Source: Actinomycetes bacterium
GTDB taxonomy: Bacteria > Actinomycetota > Actinomycetes > Actinomycetales > BWSM-131
Reading direction: 5' to 3'
NCBI GenBank assembly: GCA_046566325.1
Contig: JBKHWX010000094.1
Coordinates: 1 to 46,737, forward strand
DNA length: 46,737 nt
Position numbers and translations under genes: made by a program. A model generated the notes under the pieces. It saw only the letters and a program-made list of their open reading frames with translations. It was not told the DNA's origin and made no database searches. Below, in pieces: positions 23,760-31,364 of this stretch (the first letter of the stretch is position 1; each line of letters opens with the position of its first letter).

Positions 23760-26700
23760 GTGTTCGGTGCTGTCCTCGAGGCCTTGGTCGAGCCGTCTCG
23801 CCGGCTCGGCGTGCCGACCCTGCCGCGCCGCATCCTCGACCTCGCCGTCCCCCAGCGCGTGGGAGGCCGCCGGGCGTGGGTGAGCGAGGGCCGGGCGGTC
23901 ATCGAGGTTCACCTCGACGGCGCGGACGGCGAGCGGGTCCGCCGCGTGGAGCAGGCGCTGGAGGCGTGCCCCGGCGTCGAGTGGGCCCGTGTCAACGGCC
24001 CGCTCGGCCGGGTCATCGCGGCGCTCGGGAGCGGGAGCCCTCCTCTCGCCGAGCTCGTGGACCTGGTCGAGCGGGCCGATGCTGCGACGGGTCACCGGGT
24101 CGGCCCGGACCTTCCCCTCGACCGGGGTCCGGAGCAGCGTGCCCTCGCCGCCCTCGTCGCCGACGGGCTCGGGCTCGCGCTCACCGGCATCGGCAGGGTC
24201 ACCGGTCTCGGGGCGGTGCCGCTGGAGCTCGCCTCGGCGGTGACGGCCGTGGACACCGTGCCGCGGCTGCGCGCGCTCGCCGAGAGGCTGCTCGACCGGC
24301 CCGCCGCGGACATGACGATCGCCGTGGCGAACGCCGGCGCGCAGGGCCTCGCCCAGGGCGTCCTGGGGCTCGCGCTCGACGCCGCGTACCGGGTCCTGAG
24401 CCTCCGCGAGGCGAACGCGAACGCGACGGCGTGGCGGCAGCGGCAGAACCGGTACCTCGCGACGCCCGCGCGTGCGGCGGCGGCACCGGTCGCCGTGCGC
24501 CGGCCCACGCCGCTGCCTCCCGGCCCGATCGAGCAGTGGGGTGACCTCGCCGGCCTGCTCGGCGCGGTCACCTTCCCCGTGGCGCTCGCCGCCACGCACG
24601 ACCCGCGGCAGGCGGCCGGACTCGCCCTTGCCTCGTTGCCCAAGTCCGCCCGGCTCGGCCGGGAGGGCTTCGCCACCTGGCTCGGGTACAGCCTTGCCCG
24701 CCGCGGGTCGGTGGTGCTCGAGCCGGCGGCGCTGCGGCGGCTCGACCGGACGAGCACCGTGGTCCTCGACTCCGCCGTCCTGCTGACCGGCGCCCATCTC
24801 CTGGGCACCGTGCTCGCCTTGCCCGGGGCGAGGGCGGACGAGGTCACCCGGCGGATCTACGGGATGTTCCACGGGGAGGACCCCTGGGTCGTGCGCCAGG
24901 ACGGGGCGTGGCGGTTGGGTCCTGTCGACGAGCTCGCTCCTTCCGACCAGCTGGCTCCTCTCGACGAAGCCGGCGTCGCGTCGCGGCAGGCCGCGCGCGA
25001 GCGACAGCGGCTGGAGGCCGAGGCGGGCGTCGTCGTCCTCGGGCTCACCGAGAACGGCCGCCTGGTCGGCCTCGCAGCCGTGGTCCCCGAGCCGACGGAG
25101 TCGTGGGAGGCGCTCGCGGCCGCGTGTCACCGCGCCGGTCGCTCCCTCGTCGTCGCCGGCCCACCGCTGTCGACGTGGTCATCCGTGGCCGGGGCCGTGA
25201 TGCCGGGCGGGGCGGACCTGCTGGCGACGGTTCGGGCGCTGCAGCGGGACGGCGGCGTGCTGCTCGTCTCGCGCGACGGGCGGGCGCTCGCGAACGCGGA
25301 CATCGGGGTCGGCGTCGACACCGAGGACGGCGGTGCCCCCTGGGGGGCGCACGTGCTCGTCGGCGGCGACCTCGGCCACGTCGCCCTGCTGATCGACGCC
25401 TCCGCCGTCGCGGCAGCGGTGAGCAGGCGCAGCGTGACGCTCGCGCAGGCAGCCACCGGGATCGGAGGGCTCGCGGTCACGGCCAGCGCCCTGCGTCCTC
25501 CCACACCGAGGGCACTACTCGCCGTCAACATGGCGGCGGCGGCCGCCCTCGCCCACGGCGCGTGGGCCGCCCACCAGCTCACGCGGCGTCCGCTGGTCCC
25601 GCCCGTCTCCAAGGTCCCCTGGCATGCCATGCCGGTCGACCTCGTCCTGGACCGCGTGGGCACGCAGCCGTCCGGGCTGGACATGCCGGAGGCCCGCCGG
25701 CGCAGCCGCGGGGGCGACGGGGAGGCGGTCGGGCCCACCAGCCTGCTGTCCGCGGTGGCCGAGGAGCTGTCCAACCCCCTGACGCCGATCCTTGCGGCCG
25801 GGACCGCCCTGTCGGCGGCGGTCGGCTCCGTCGTCGACGCAGGTCTCGTCGCCGGAGCGGCCCTGGCAAGCGCACTCGTCGGCGGGCTGCAGCGGCGCGG
25901 CACGGACCGGGCGCTGGCGGACCTGCTCGCCCAGTCCGCGGTCACGGCTCGAGTCCGGAGGGACGGCGCGGTCGTCGCGCTGCCCGCCGACCAGCTCGTG
26001 CCGGGCGACATCCTGCTGCTCGCGCCCGGGGACGTCGTCCCCGCCGACTGCCGTGTCGTCGAGGCCGCCGACCTCGAGCTCGACGAGTCGTCACTGACCG
26101 GGGAGCCCTTCCCGGTGGTCAAGAGCACGGCCCCCAGCTCCGCCGCGGCCCTCGCCGAGCGCACGTCGATGGTCTACGAGGGGACGACGGTCGCTGCCGG
26201 CCGCGGTGTCGTCGCGGTGGTGGCGACGGGCACGTCGACCGAGTCCGGCCGGACCATCGCGGCGACGAGGGCCGGAGCCGGGGCGGGCGGGGTCGAGGCG
26301 CGGCTCGCGCAGATCACGCGGGTCACGGTCCCTCTCACGCTCTCGTCCGCCGTCGCGGTGGTCGGGGCAGGGTTGCTGCGGGGTCGGTCCATCGCCAGCA
26401 CGGCAGGCGCGGCGGTGAGCCTCGCGGTCGCCGCGGTGCCCGAGGGGCTGCCGTTCCTCGTCAGCGCGGCGCAGCTGGCGGCCGCCCGCCGCCTGTCCGG
26501 ACTGGGTGCGCTGGTCCGCAACCCGCGGACGATCGAGGCGCTCGGGCGGGCCGACGTCCTCTGCTTCGACAAGACCGGCACCCTGACCGAGGGCCGGATC
26601 GCTCTCGGCGCCGTCGCCGGCCCGGACGGCCCACCCGTCAGTCCCGACCGGCTGACGGCGACCCTGCGCCCGGTGCTCGCTGCCGGGCTTCGCGCAACCC

Positions 26701-28235
26701 CGGAGCCCGGTCCCGGACAGCACCTCGCCCACCTGACGGACCGGGCGGTGGCCGAGGGGGCCGCGCTGGCCGACGTCTCTCGCAAGAGCGGCCTCGGCAC
26801 CTGGCACCGGGCCGCGGCGCTGCCTTTCGAGCCGTCCCGAGGGTTCCACGCCACCCTCGGACGCGCCGGACAGGTGGAGGTGCTCAGCGTCAAAGGCGCG
26901 CCCGAGATCGTCCTGCCCCGGTGCGCGGCGGTTGCCCGGGACGGCCGGCGGCTTCCGCTGGACCGGCGGGAGCGGCGGCGGCTGACCCGGCAGGTGGAGC
27001 AGCTGGCGGCGCTGGGCTACCGGGTGCTGGCCGTGGCCGAGCGGGTCGACGAGGCGTGGCCGACGACCGTCGTCGACGACGACGTCCGCGACCTCACGCT
27101 GCTCGGCTACCTCGCGCTCACGGACCCGGTGCGGACCGCGGCGAGGGCGTCGATCACGACGCTCCGGGACGCAGGTGTGCAGATCGTGATGATCACGGGC
27201 GACCACCCCAGCACCGCGGCCTCCATCGCGCGGCGGCTCGACCTGCTCGACGGCCGCGTGGTGGTCACCGGTCCCGAGCTCGACTCCCTCACCGACGAGG
27301 CGCTCGCCCGCAGGCTGCCGGACGTCGCGGTGGTCGCCCGGAGCACGCCTACGCACAAGGTCCGGGTCGTCCAGGCCTTCCAGCAGCTGGGCAGGACCGT
27401 CGCCATGCCCGGGGACGGTGCCAACGACGCTCCCGCCATCCGGCTCGCCGACGTCGGGATCGCGCTCGGACGACGCAGCACGCCCGCCGCCCGTGCCGCC
27501 GCCGACCTCGTGGTCACCGACGACCGCCTCGAGACGATCATCGCCGCGCTCGTCGAGGGGCGTGCGATGTGGGGCTCTGTGCGCAAAGCGCTGGGGATCC
27601 TGGTCGGCGGCAACCTGGGCGAGGTGGCGTTCACCGTGCTGGGCGCGCTCGCGACAGGCGCGTCACCGCTCAACGCGCGGCAGCTGCTGCTGGTCAACCT
27701 GCTCACCGACCTCGCCCCCGCCCTCGCGGTCGCGCTGCGGCCCCCGCAGGCCGCCTCTGTGGACACCCTGCTCACCGAGGGACCCGAGGCGTCGCTGGGC
27801 GCACCGCTCGTGCGGGACGTCAGCATCCGGGCTGCCGGGACGACGCTCGCGGCGACGACGGCGGCCCTGCTCGCCCGGGCGACCGGCAACGCGGCCGGGG
27901 CCGAGACGATCTCCCTGGTGGCGCTCGTCGCGGCACAGCTCGGCCAGACCCTCGTCGCGGGCGGGCCGAGCCGCGGCGTCCTGCTCGCGGGTCTGGGCTC
28001 GGTGGCGGTGCTCGGTCTGGTCGTCCAGGCCCCGGTCCTGAGCGCGTTCTTCGGCTCCACCCCGCTCGGCCTCGGCGGGCTGGCGATCGCCGCGCTGGCA
28101 GCCGGAGGAGCGACGGCCCTGAGCTCCGGTCCCCAGCTCTCCCGGTTCGCGGCCCTCTCGGCGCCGCTCGCTCGTGAGATCGGCATCGCCCCCGTCCGCT
28201 CGCTCCCGCCGGCACCGGCCCGAGCGGCCGCCTAG
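23760..28235 (+). CDS. Very long cation-translocating P-type ATPase (CtpH/CtpI-like) with an N-terminal extension of about 610 aa
   Basis: The canonical half carries 'SSLTGEPFPV' (TGE), 'CFDKTGTLTEG' (phosphorylation Asp at about nt 26568), 'MITGDHPSTA' and 'MPGDGANDAPAIRLADVGIALG'. GTG 23760 has GGGAGG 6 nt upstream. Confidence 0.92.
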   Translation: MFGAVLEALVEPSRRLGVPTLPRRILDLAVPQRVGGRRAWVSEGRAVIEVHLDGADGERVRRVEQALEACPGVEWARVNGPLGRVIAALGSGSPPLAELVDLVERADAATGHRVGPDLPLDRGPEQRALAALVADGLGLALTGIGRVTGLGAVPLELASAVTAVDTVPRLRALAERLLDRPAADMTIAVANAGAQGLAQGVLGLALDAAYRVLSLREANANATAWRQRQNRYLATPARAAAAPVAVRRPTPLPPGPIEQWGDLAGLLGAVTFPVALAATHDPRQAAGLALASLPKSARLGREGFATWLGYSLARRGSVVLEPAALRRLDRTSTVVLDSAVLLTGAHLLGTVLALPGARADEVTRRIYGMFHGEDPWVVRQDGAWRLGPVDELAPSDQLAPLDEAGVASRQAARERQRLEAEAGVVVLGLTENGRLVGLAAVVPEPTESWEALAAACHRAGRSLVVAGPPLSTWSSVAGAVMPGGADLLATVRALQRDGGVLLVSRDGRALANADIGVGVDTEDGGAPWGAHVLVGGDLGHVALLIDASAVAAAVSRRSVTLAQAATGIGGLAVTASALRPPTPRALLAVNMAAAAALAHGAWAAHQLTRRPLVPPVSKVPWHAMPVDLVLDRVGTQPSGLDMPEARRRSRGGDGEAVGPTSLLSAVAEELSNPLTPILAAGTALSAAVGSVVDAGLVAGAALASALVGGLQRRGTDRALADLLAQSAVTARVRRDGAVVALPADQLVPGDILLLAPGDVVPADCRVVEAADLELDESSLTGEPFPVVKSTAPSSAAALAERTSMVYEGTTVAAGRGVVAVVATGTSTESGRTIAATRAGAGAGGVEARLAQITRVTVPLTLSSAVAVVGAGLLRGRSIASTAGAAVSLAVAAVPEGLPFLVSAAQLAAARRLSGLGALVRNPRTIEALGRADVLCFDKTGTLTEGRIALGAVAGPDGPPVSPDRLTATLRPVLAAGLRATPEPGPGQHLAHLTDRAVAEGAALADVSRKSGLGTWHRAAALPFEPSRGFHATLGRAGQVEVLSVKGAPEIVLPRCAAVARDGRRLPLDRRERRRLTRQVEQLAALGYRVLAVAERVDEAWPTTVVDDDVRDLTLLGYLALTDPVRTAARASITTLRDAGVQIVMITGDHPSTAASIARRLDLLDGRVVVTGPELDSLTDEALARRLPDVAVVARSTPTHKVRVVQAFQQLGRTVAMPGDGANDAPAIRLADVGIALGRRSTPAARAAADLVVTDDRLETIIAALVEGRAMWGSVRKALGILVGGNLGEVAFTVLGALATGASPLNARQLLLVNLLTDLAPALAVALRPPQAASVDTLLTEGPEASLGAPLVRDVSIRAAGTTLAATTAALLARATGNAAGAETISLVALVAAQLGQTLVAGGPSRGVLLAGLGSVAVLGLVVQAPVLSAFFGSTPLGLGGLAIAALAAGGATALSSGPQLSRFAALSAPLAREIGIAPVRSLPPAPARAAA

Positions 28236-28297
28236 CCGGCACACGCCGTCCCCTTCGGAGACGGCACGGCCAAACCACCTTCTGGAAGGAGAGACCG

Positions 28298-28657
28298 ATG
28301 AGCGGCCCCGAGACCGGGATCAGCATCACCGTAGGACCGGTCGAGATCGACGTGCCGCAGTCCCTGGGGTACTACGCCGGGCTCGGCGCCGCCGTGGCCT
28401 TCGGTGTGCTGGACCCGCCGGTCGCGCTGTTCATCGCCACCATCCCGGTGTTCAAGATGCTCGGCGACGAAGGCAACCCCCAGCCGGTCCGCTTCGTCGG
28501 ACAGCTGCTCCAGGGAGCAGGCAAGCCCGTCGGCAGCGACGGCCAGGGCACCGTGAGGCTGGTCGAACCGCGTCGGGCACGGGAGGGCGTCGGCCGCGCG
28601 GTGCGTGGGATCACGCAGACCGCTCTCACCCCGGTTCTCACTCCCGTCCGCGCCTGA
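28298..28657 (+). CDS. Small membrane protein P3 (119 aa), paralog-like to P1 and P2
   Basis: GGAAGGAGAG lies just upstream of ATG 28298. The core is 'VEIDVPQSLGYYAGLGAAVAFGVLDPPVALFIATIPVF'. Confidence 0.7.
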   Translation: MSGPETGISITVGPVEIDVPQSLGYYAGLGAAVAFGVLDPPVALFIATIPVFKMLGDEGNPQPVRFVGQLLQGAGKPVGSDGQGTVRLVEPRRAREGVGRAVRGITQTALTPVLTPVRA

Positions 28658-28673
28658 GCCGCTCGCGCATGCC

Positions 28674-29873
28674 ATGCTGCCGAGCGTGGCTGCACCCGTG
28701 AGGCTGCCGCCCCTGGTCGAGCCGGGGGAGGAGCTGACGACCGAGGAGGTCCGGCGCTACTCCCGCCACCTGCTGCTGCCCGACATCGGCATGGTCGGCC
28801 AGCGCCGGCTCAAGAACGCCAAGGTCCTGGTGGTCGGCGCGGGCGGCCTCGGGTCCCCGGCGATCACCTACCTGGCCGCGGCCGGCGTCGGCACGATCGG
28901 GATCGTGGACGACGACGTCGTCGAGGAGTCCAACCTGCAGCGCCAGGTGGTGCATCGCACCGCCGACGTCGGGCGAGCGAAGGTCGAGAGCGCGGCGGAC
29001 GCCGTGGCCGCGCTCAACCCGCTCGTGACGGTCCGGCAGCACGCCCTCCGCCTCACCAGCGCCAACGCCGTCGAGGTCGTCGGGCAGTACGACCTCGTGC
29101 TGGACGGCGCCGACAACTTCGCGACGCGCTACCTCGTGAGCGACGCCTGCGAGGTGCTCGGCGTCCCCGAGGTGTGGGCGTCGGTGTTCCGCTTCGACGC
29201 GCAGGTGAGCCTCTTCTGGGCGGGGCACGGGCCGACGTACCGGGACCTGTTCCCCGAGCCACCGCCTCCCGGCTCGGTGCCGTCCTGCGCGGAGGGCGGC
29301 GTCCTCGGCGCCATGGTCGCCTGTGTCGGTTCCGTGATGGCGACCGAGGCAGTCAAGCTCGTCGTCGGTTCGGGCGAGCCGCTGCTCGGACGGCTGCTCG
29401 TCCTCGACGCCCTGTCGATGACCTGGCGGCAGCTTCGGATCCGGCCGCTGCCCGACCGCGCGCCGGTCCGCGAGGTGACGGACGTCGAGGCCTGGTGCTC
29501 GGCCGTCTCGGGGCCGGAGCCTGAGGCGTCCGCCGCCTTGTCGGAGGTCGGGGCTCCCGAGCTGGCCGACCTGCTGCGGGCCCGTCAGCGGGGCGAGGCC
29601 GACTTCGTGCTCGTCGACGTGCGTGGCGACGCGGAGCGGGCGGTCGTCAGCGTCCCCGGCGCCGTCGCCGTCCCCCTCGACGACATCCTGGCCGGGGACG
29701 TCGAGCAGCTGCTCCCGCTGGACCGCCGCGTGATCCTGCACTGCAAGAGCGGTGCTCGCTCCGCCCGTGCCCTGCAGGCCCTGCAGTCGGCGGGCTTCAC
29801 GAACGCCGCCCACCTGCGCGGCGGCGTGCTGGCGTGGGTCGAGGAGGTGGACCCGACCCTGCCGCGGTACTGA
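28674..29873 (+). CDS. moeZ: Adenylyltransferase/sulfurtransferase MoeZ (ThiF/MoeB E1-like domain fused to rhodanese)
   Basis: 'LPPLVEPGEELTTEEVRRYSRHLLLPDIGMVGQRRLKNAKVLVVGAGGLGSP', 'DDDVVEESNLQRQVVH', 'DGADNFATRYL' and 'SCAEGGVLG' are present, with a C-terminal rhodanese domain holding the active-site 'HCKSGARS'. It is close to mycobacterial MoeZ as I recall it. The start is ATG 28674. Confidence 0.93.
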   Translation: MLPSVAAPVRLPPLVEPGEELTTEEVRRYSRHLLLPDIGMVGQRRLKNAKVLVVGAGGLGSPAITYLAAAGVGTIGIVDDDVVEESNLQRQVVHRTADVGRAKVESAADAVAALNPLVTVRQHALRLTSANAVEVVGQYDLVLDGADNFATRYLVSDACEVLGVPEVWASVFRFDAQVSLFWAGHGPTYRDLFPEPPPPGSVPSCAEGGVLGAMVACVGSVMATEAVKLVVGSGEPLLGRLLVLDALSMTWRQLRIRPLPDRAPVREVTDVEAWCSAVSGPEPEASAALSEVGAPELADLLRARQRGEADFVLVDVRGDAERAVVSVPGAVAVPLDDILAGDVEQLLPLDRRVILHCKSGARSARALQALQSAGFTNAAHLRGGVLAWVEEVDPTLPRY

Positions 29874-29931
29874 ACGGCCCACCCACTTGCGCAGCGCGAT
29901 CGCGCCCACCCTGGGGCTCAGGAGAAGCCGC

Positions 29932-30672
29932 TCAGGACGCCTGGTCGCTGCTCGTGCCCACCCGCACGTCGCCGACGGACGACGTCACCCGGATGTGATG
30001 GGCGGACGCCGAGCTGACCGGGACGGTGGTGTGTGTCTCACCCATGCTCGTCTGCGCCTGGACGTCGTAGGACGTGCCGTCGTCGGGGACGACGAGCAGG
30101 ACGTCTCCGACCGAGGTCGTGACGGCCACCGAGTCGGCCGGGCTGGCCAGCGTGATCGAGACCTCGCCGACCGACGACGTCGCGCGGACCCGCGACGCCC
30201 GAAGCTGGTCCGCCGCGAGCCGGCCCGTCGAGGTCTCCATCGTCACGGAGGGGTAGGCCCCGCGGACGGACACCTCGCCGACCGACGAGGACGTCTCCAG
30301 GTGCATGCCCTCGGGGACCCGCAGGACCATCTGGGTGGAGCAGTCCCCGAACCAGTGCCGCGCGCAGGACGCCTCGAGGTGCAGCGTGTCGCCGACCCGA
30401 CGCTCCTCGAAGCGAGGCAGGCGCCAGGCGCCCTCCCGATGGAGCTGCACCTCCACCCTGTCGCTCGCCGTGCTCGGCTCGACGGAGAGGCTCCCGACAT
30501 CCGTGCTCGCGACGAGGGTCTGGACGCCGGCAGAGGCGACCGTGAGGCGCTCGGTGCGCTCCGCGCGAGCCAGCTTCGTCGCCACGGCGTACGCACCGCC
30601 GAGGACGAGGACGGTGACGAGGAGGCCACCGAGGATGCGGACGGGTGCCTTGACGGCCATGGGTGTGCTCAT
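29932..30672 (-). CDS. DUF4097-family beta-repeat protein (LiaG-like), membrane-anchored
   Basis: The N-terminal TM is 'ILGGLLVTVLVLGGAYAV'. Repeated 'SSVGEVSV / SSVGEVSI / TSVGDVLL / SSVGDVRV' beta-strand units follow. Its ATG overlaps the response-regulator stop (ATGA at 30669-30672). Confidence 0.8.
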   Translation of the reverse strand: MSTPMAVKAPVRILGGLLVTVLVLGGAYAVATKLARAERTERLTVASAGVQTLVASTDVGSLSVEPSTASDRVEVQLHREGAWRLPRFEERRVGDTLHLEASCARHWFGDCSTQMVLRVPEGMHLETSSSVGEVSVRGAYPSVTMETSTGRLAADQLRASRVRATSSVGEVSITLASPADSVAVTTSVGDVLLVVPDDGTSYDVQAQTSMGETHTTVPVSSASAHHIRVTSSVGDVRVGTSSDQAS

Positions 30673-31364
30673 GACTCCCCCTGTGCGGCGTGCTCGAGGT
30701 AACGCAGGACGGCGAGGACGCGCCGGTGGTCGTGCTCGGTGGGAGGCAGGTCGAGCTTCGCGAAGATGCTCGACACGTGCTTCTCGACGGCGCCCTCGGT
30801 GACGAACAGGGCGGACGCGATCGCGGTGTTGGTGCGCCCCTCGGCCATGAGCTTCAGGACCTCGGTCTCACGGGGCGTGAGGCGCTCGAGGGGATCGGTG
30901 CGGCGAGCCCGGCTCAGCAGCTGGGAGACCACCTCCGGGTCCAGGGCGGTGCCGCCCGAGGCGACGCGCTGCAGCGACTCGGTGAACTCGCCGACGTCGG
31001 CGACGCGGTCCTTCAGCAGGTAACCGACGCCGCGTGTCCGGCCGGCGACGAGGTCCGTCGCGTAGTTCTCCTCGACGTACTGGCTGAGGACGAGCACCGC
31101 GACGTCCGGGTGCTGCTCTCGCACGACGAGGGCGGCGCGGACGCCCTCGTCGGTGAACGTCGGCGGCATCCGCACGTCGACGACCACGAGGTCTGGCCGG
31201 TGCTCCGACACCGACCGCAGGAACGACTCCGCGTCCCCGCACGCGTCCACGACGTCGAAGCCGGCGTCGCCGAGCAGCCGCATCAGCCCCTCGCGCAGCA
31301 GCACCGAGTCCTCCGCGAGGACGACGCGGAGCGGCCGCGTCGAGCCGGCGGGAGTGCTGGTCAT
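30669..31364 (-). CDS. NarL/LuxR-family two-component response regulator
   Basis: The receiver is 'RVVLAEDSVLLREGL...DLVVVDVRMPP...LVLSQY'. The HTH is 'LTPRETEVLKLMAEGRTNTAIASALFVTEGAVEKHVSSIFAKL'. The ATG overlaps the kinase stop (ATGA at 31361-31364). Confidence 0.93.
   Translation of the reverse strand: MTSTPAGSTRPLRVVLAEDSVLLREGLMRLLGDAGFDVVDACGDAESFLRSVSEHRPDLVVVDVRMPPTFTDEGVRAALVVREQHPDVAVLVLSQYVEENYATDLVAGRTRGVGYLLKDRVADVGEFTESLQRVASGGTALDPEVVSQLLSRARRTDPLERLTPRETEVLKLMAEGRTNTAIASALFVTEGAVEKHVSSIFAKLDLPPTEHDHRRVLAVLRYLEHAAQGES

Noticed and set aside
23178-28244. Large alternative-frame ORFs overlapping the P-type ATPase (24908..28177 +, 23178..25130 -, 26091..27356 -, 27107..28186 -).
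   Set aside because: Only frame 23760..28235 carries the ordered TGE, DKTGT, TGD and GDGxND motifs and TM segments. The others are Arg/Pro-rich shadows.
21022-28657. Calling the SulP/ATPase block a mobile genomic island.
   Set aside because: No integrase, transposase, tRNA target, flanking direct repeats or clear compositional shift is visible. I describe it only as a non-syntenic accessory insertion.
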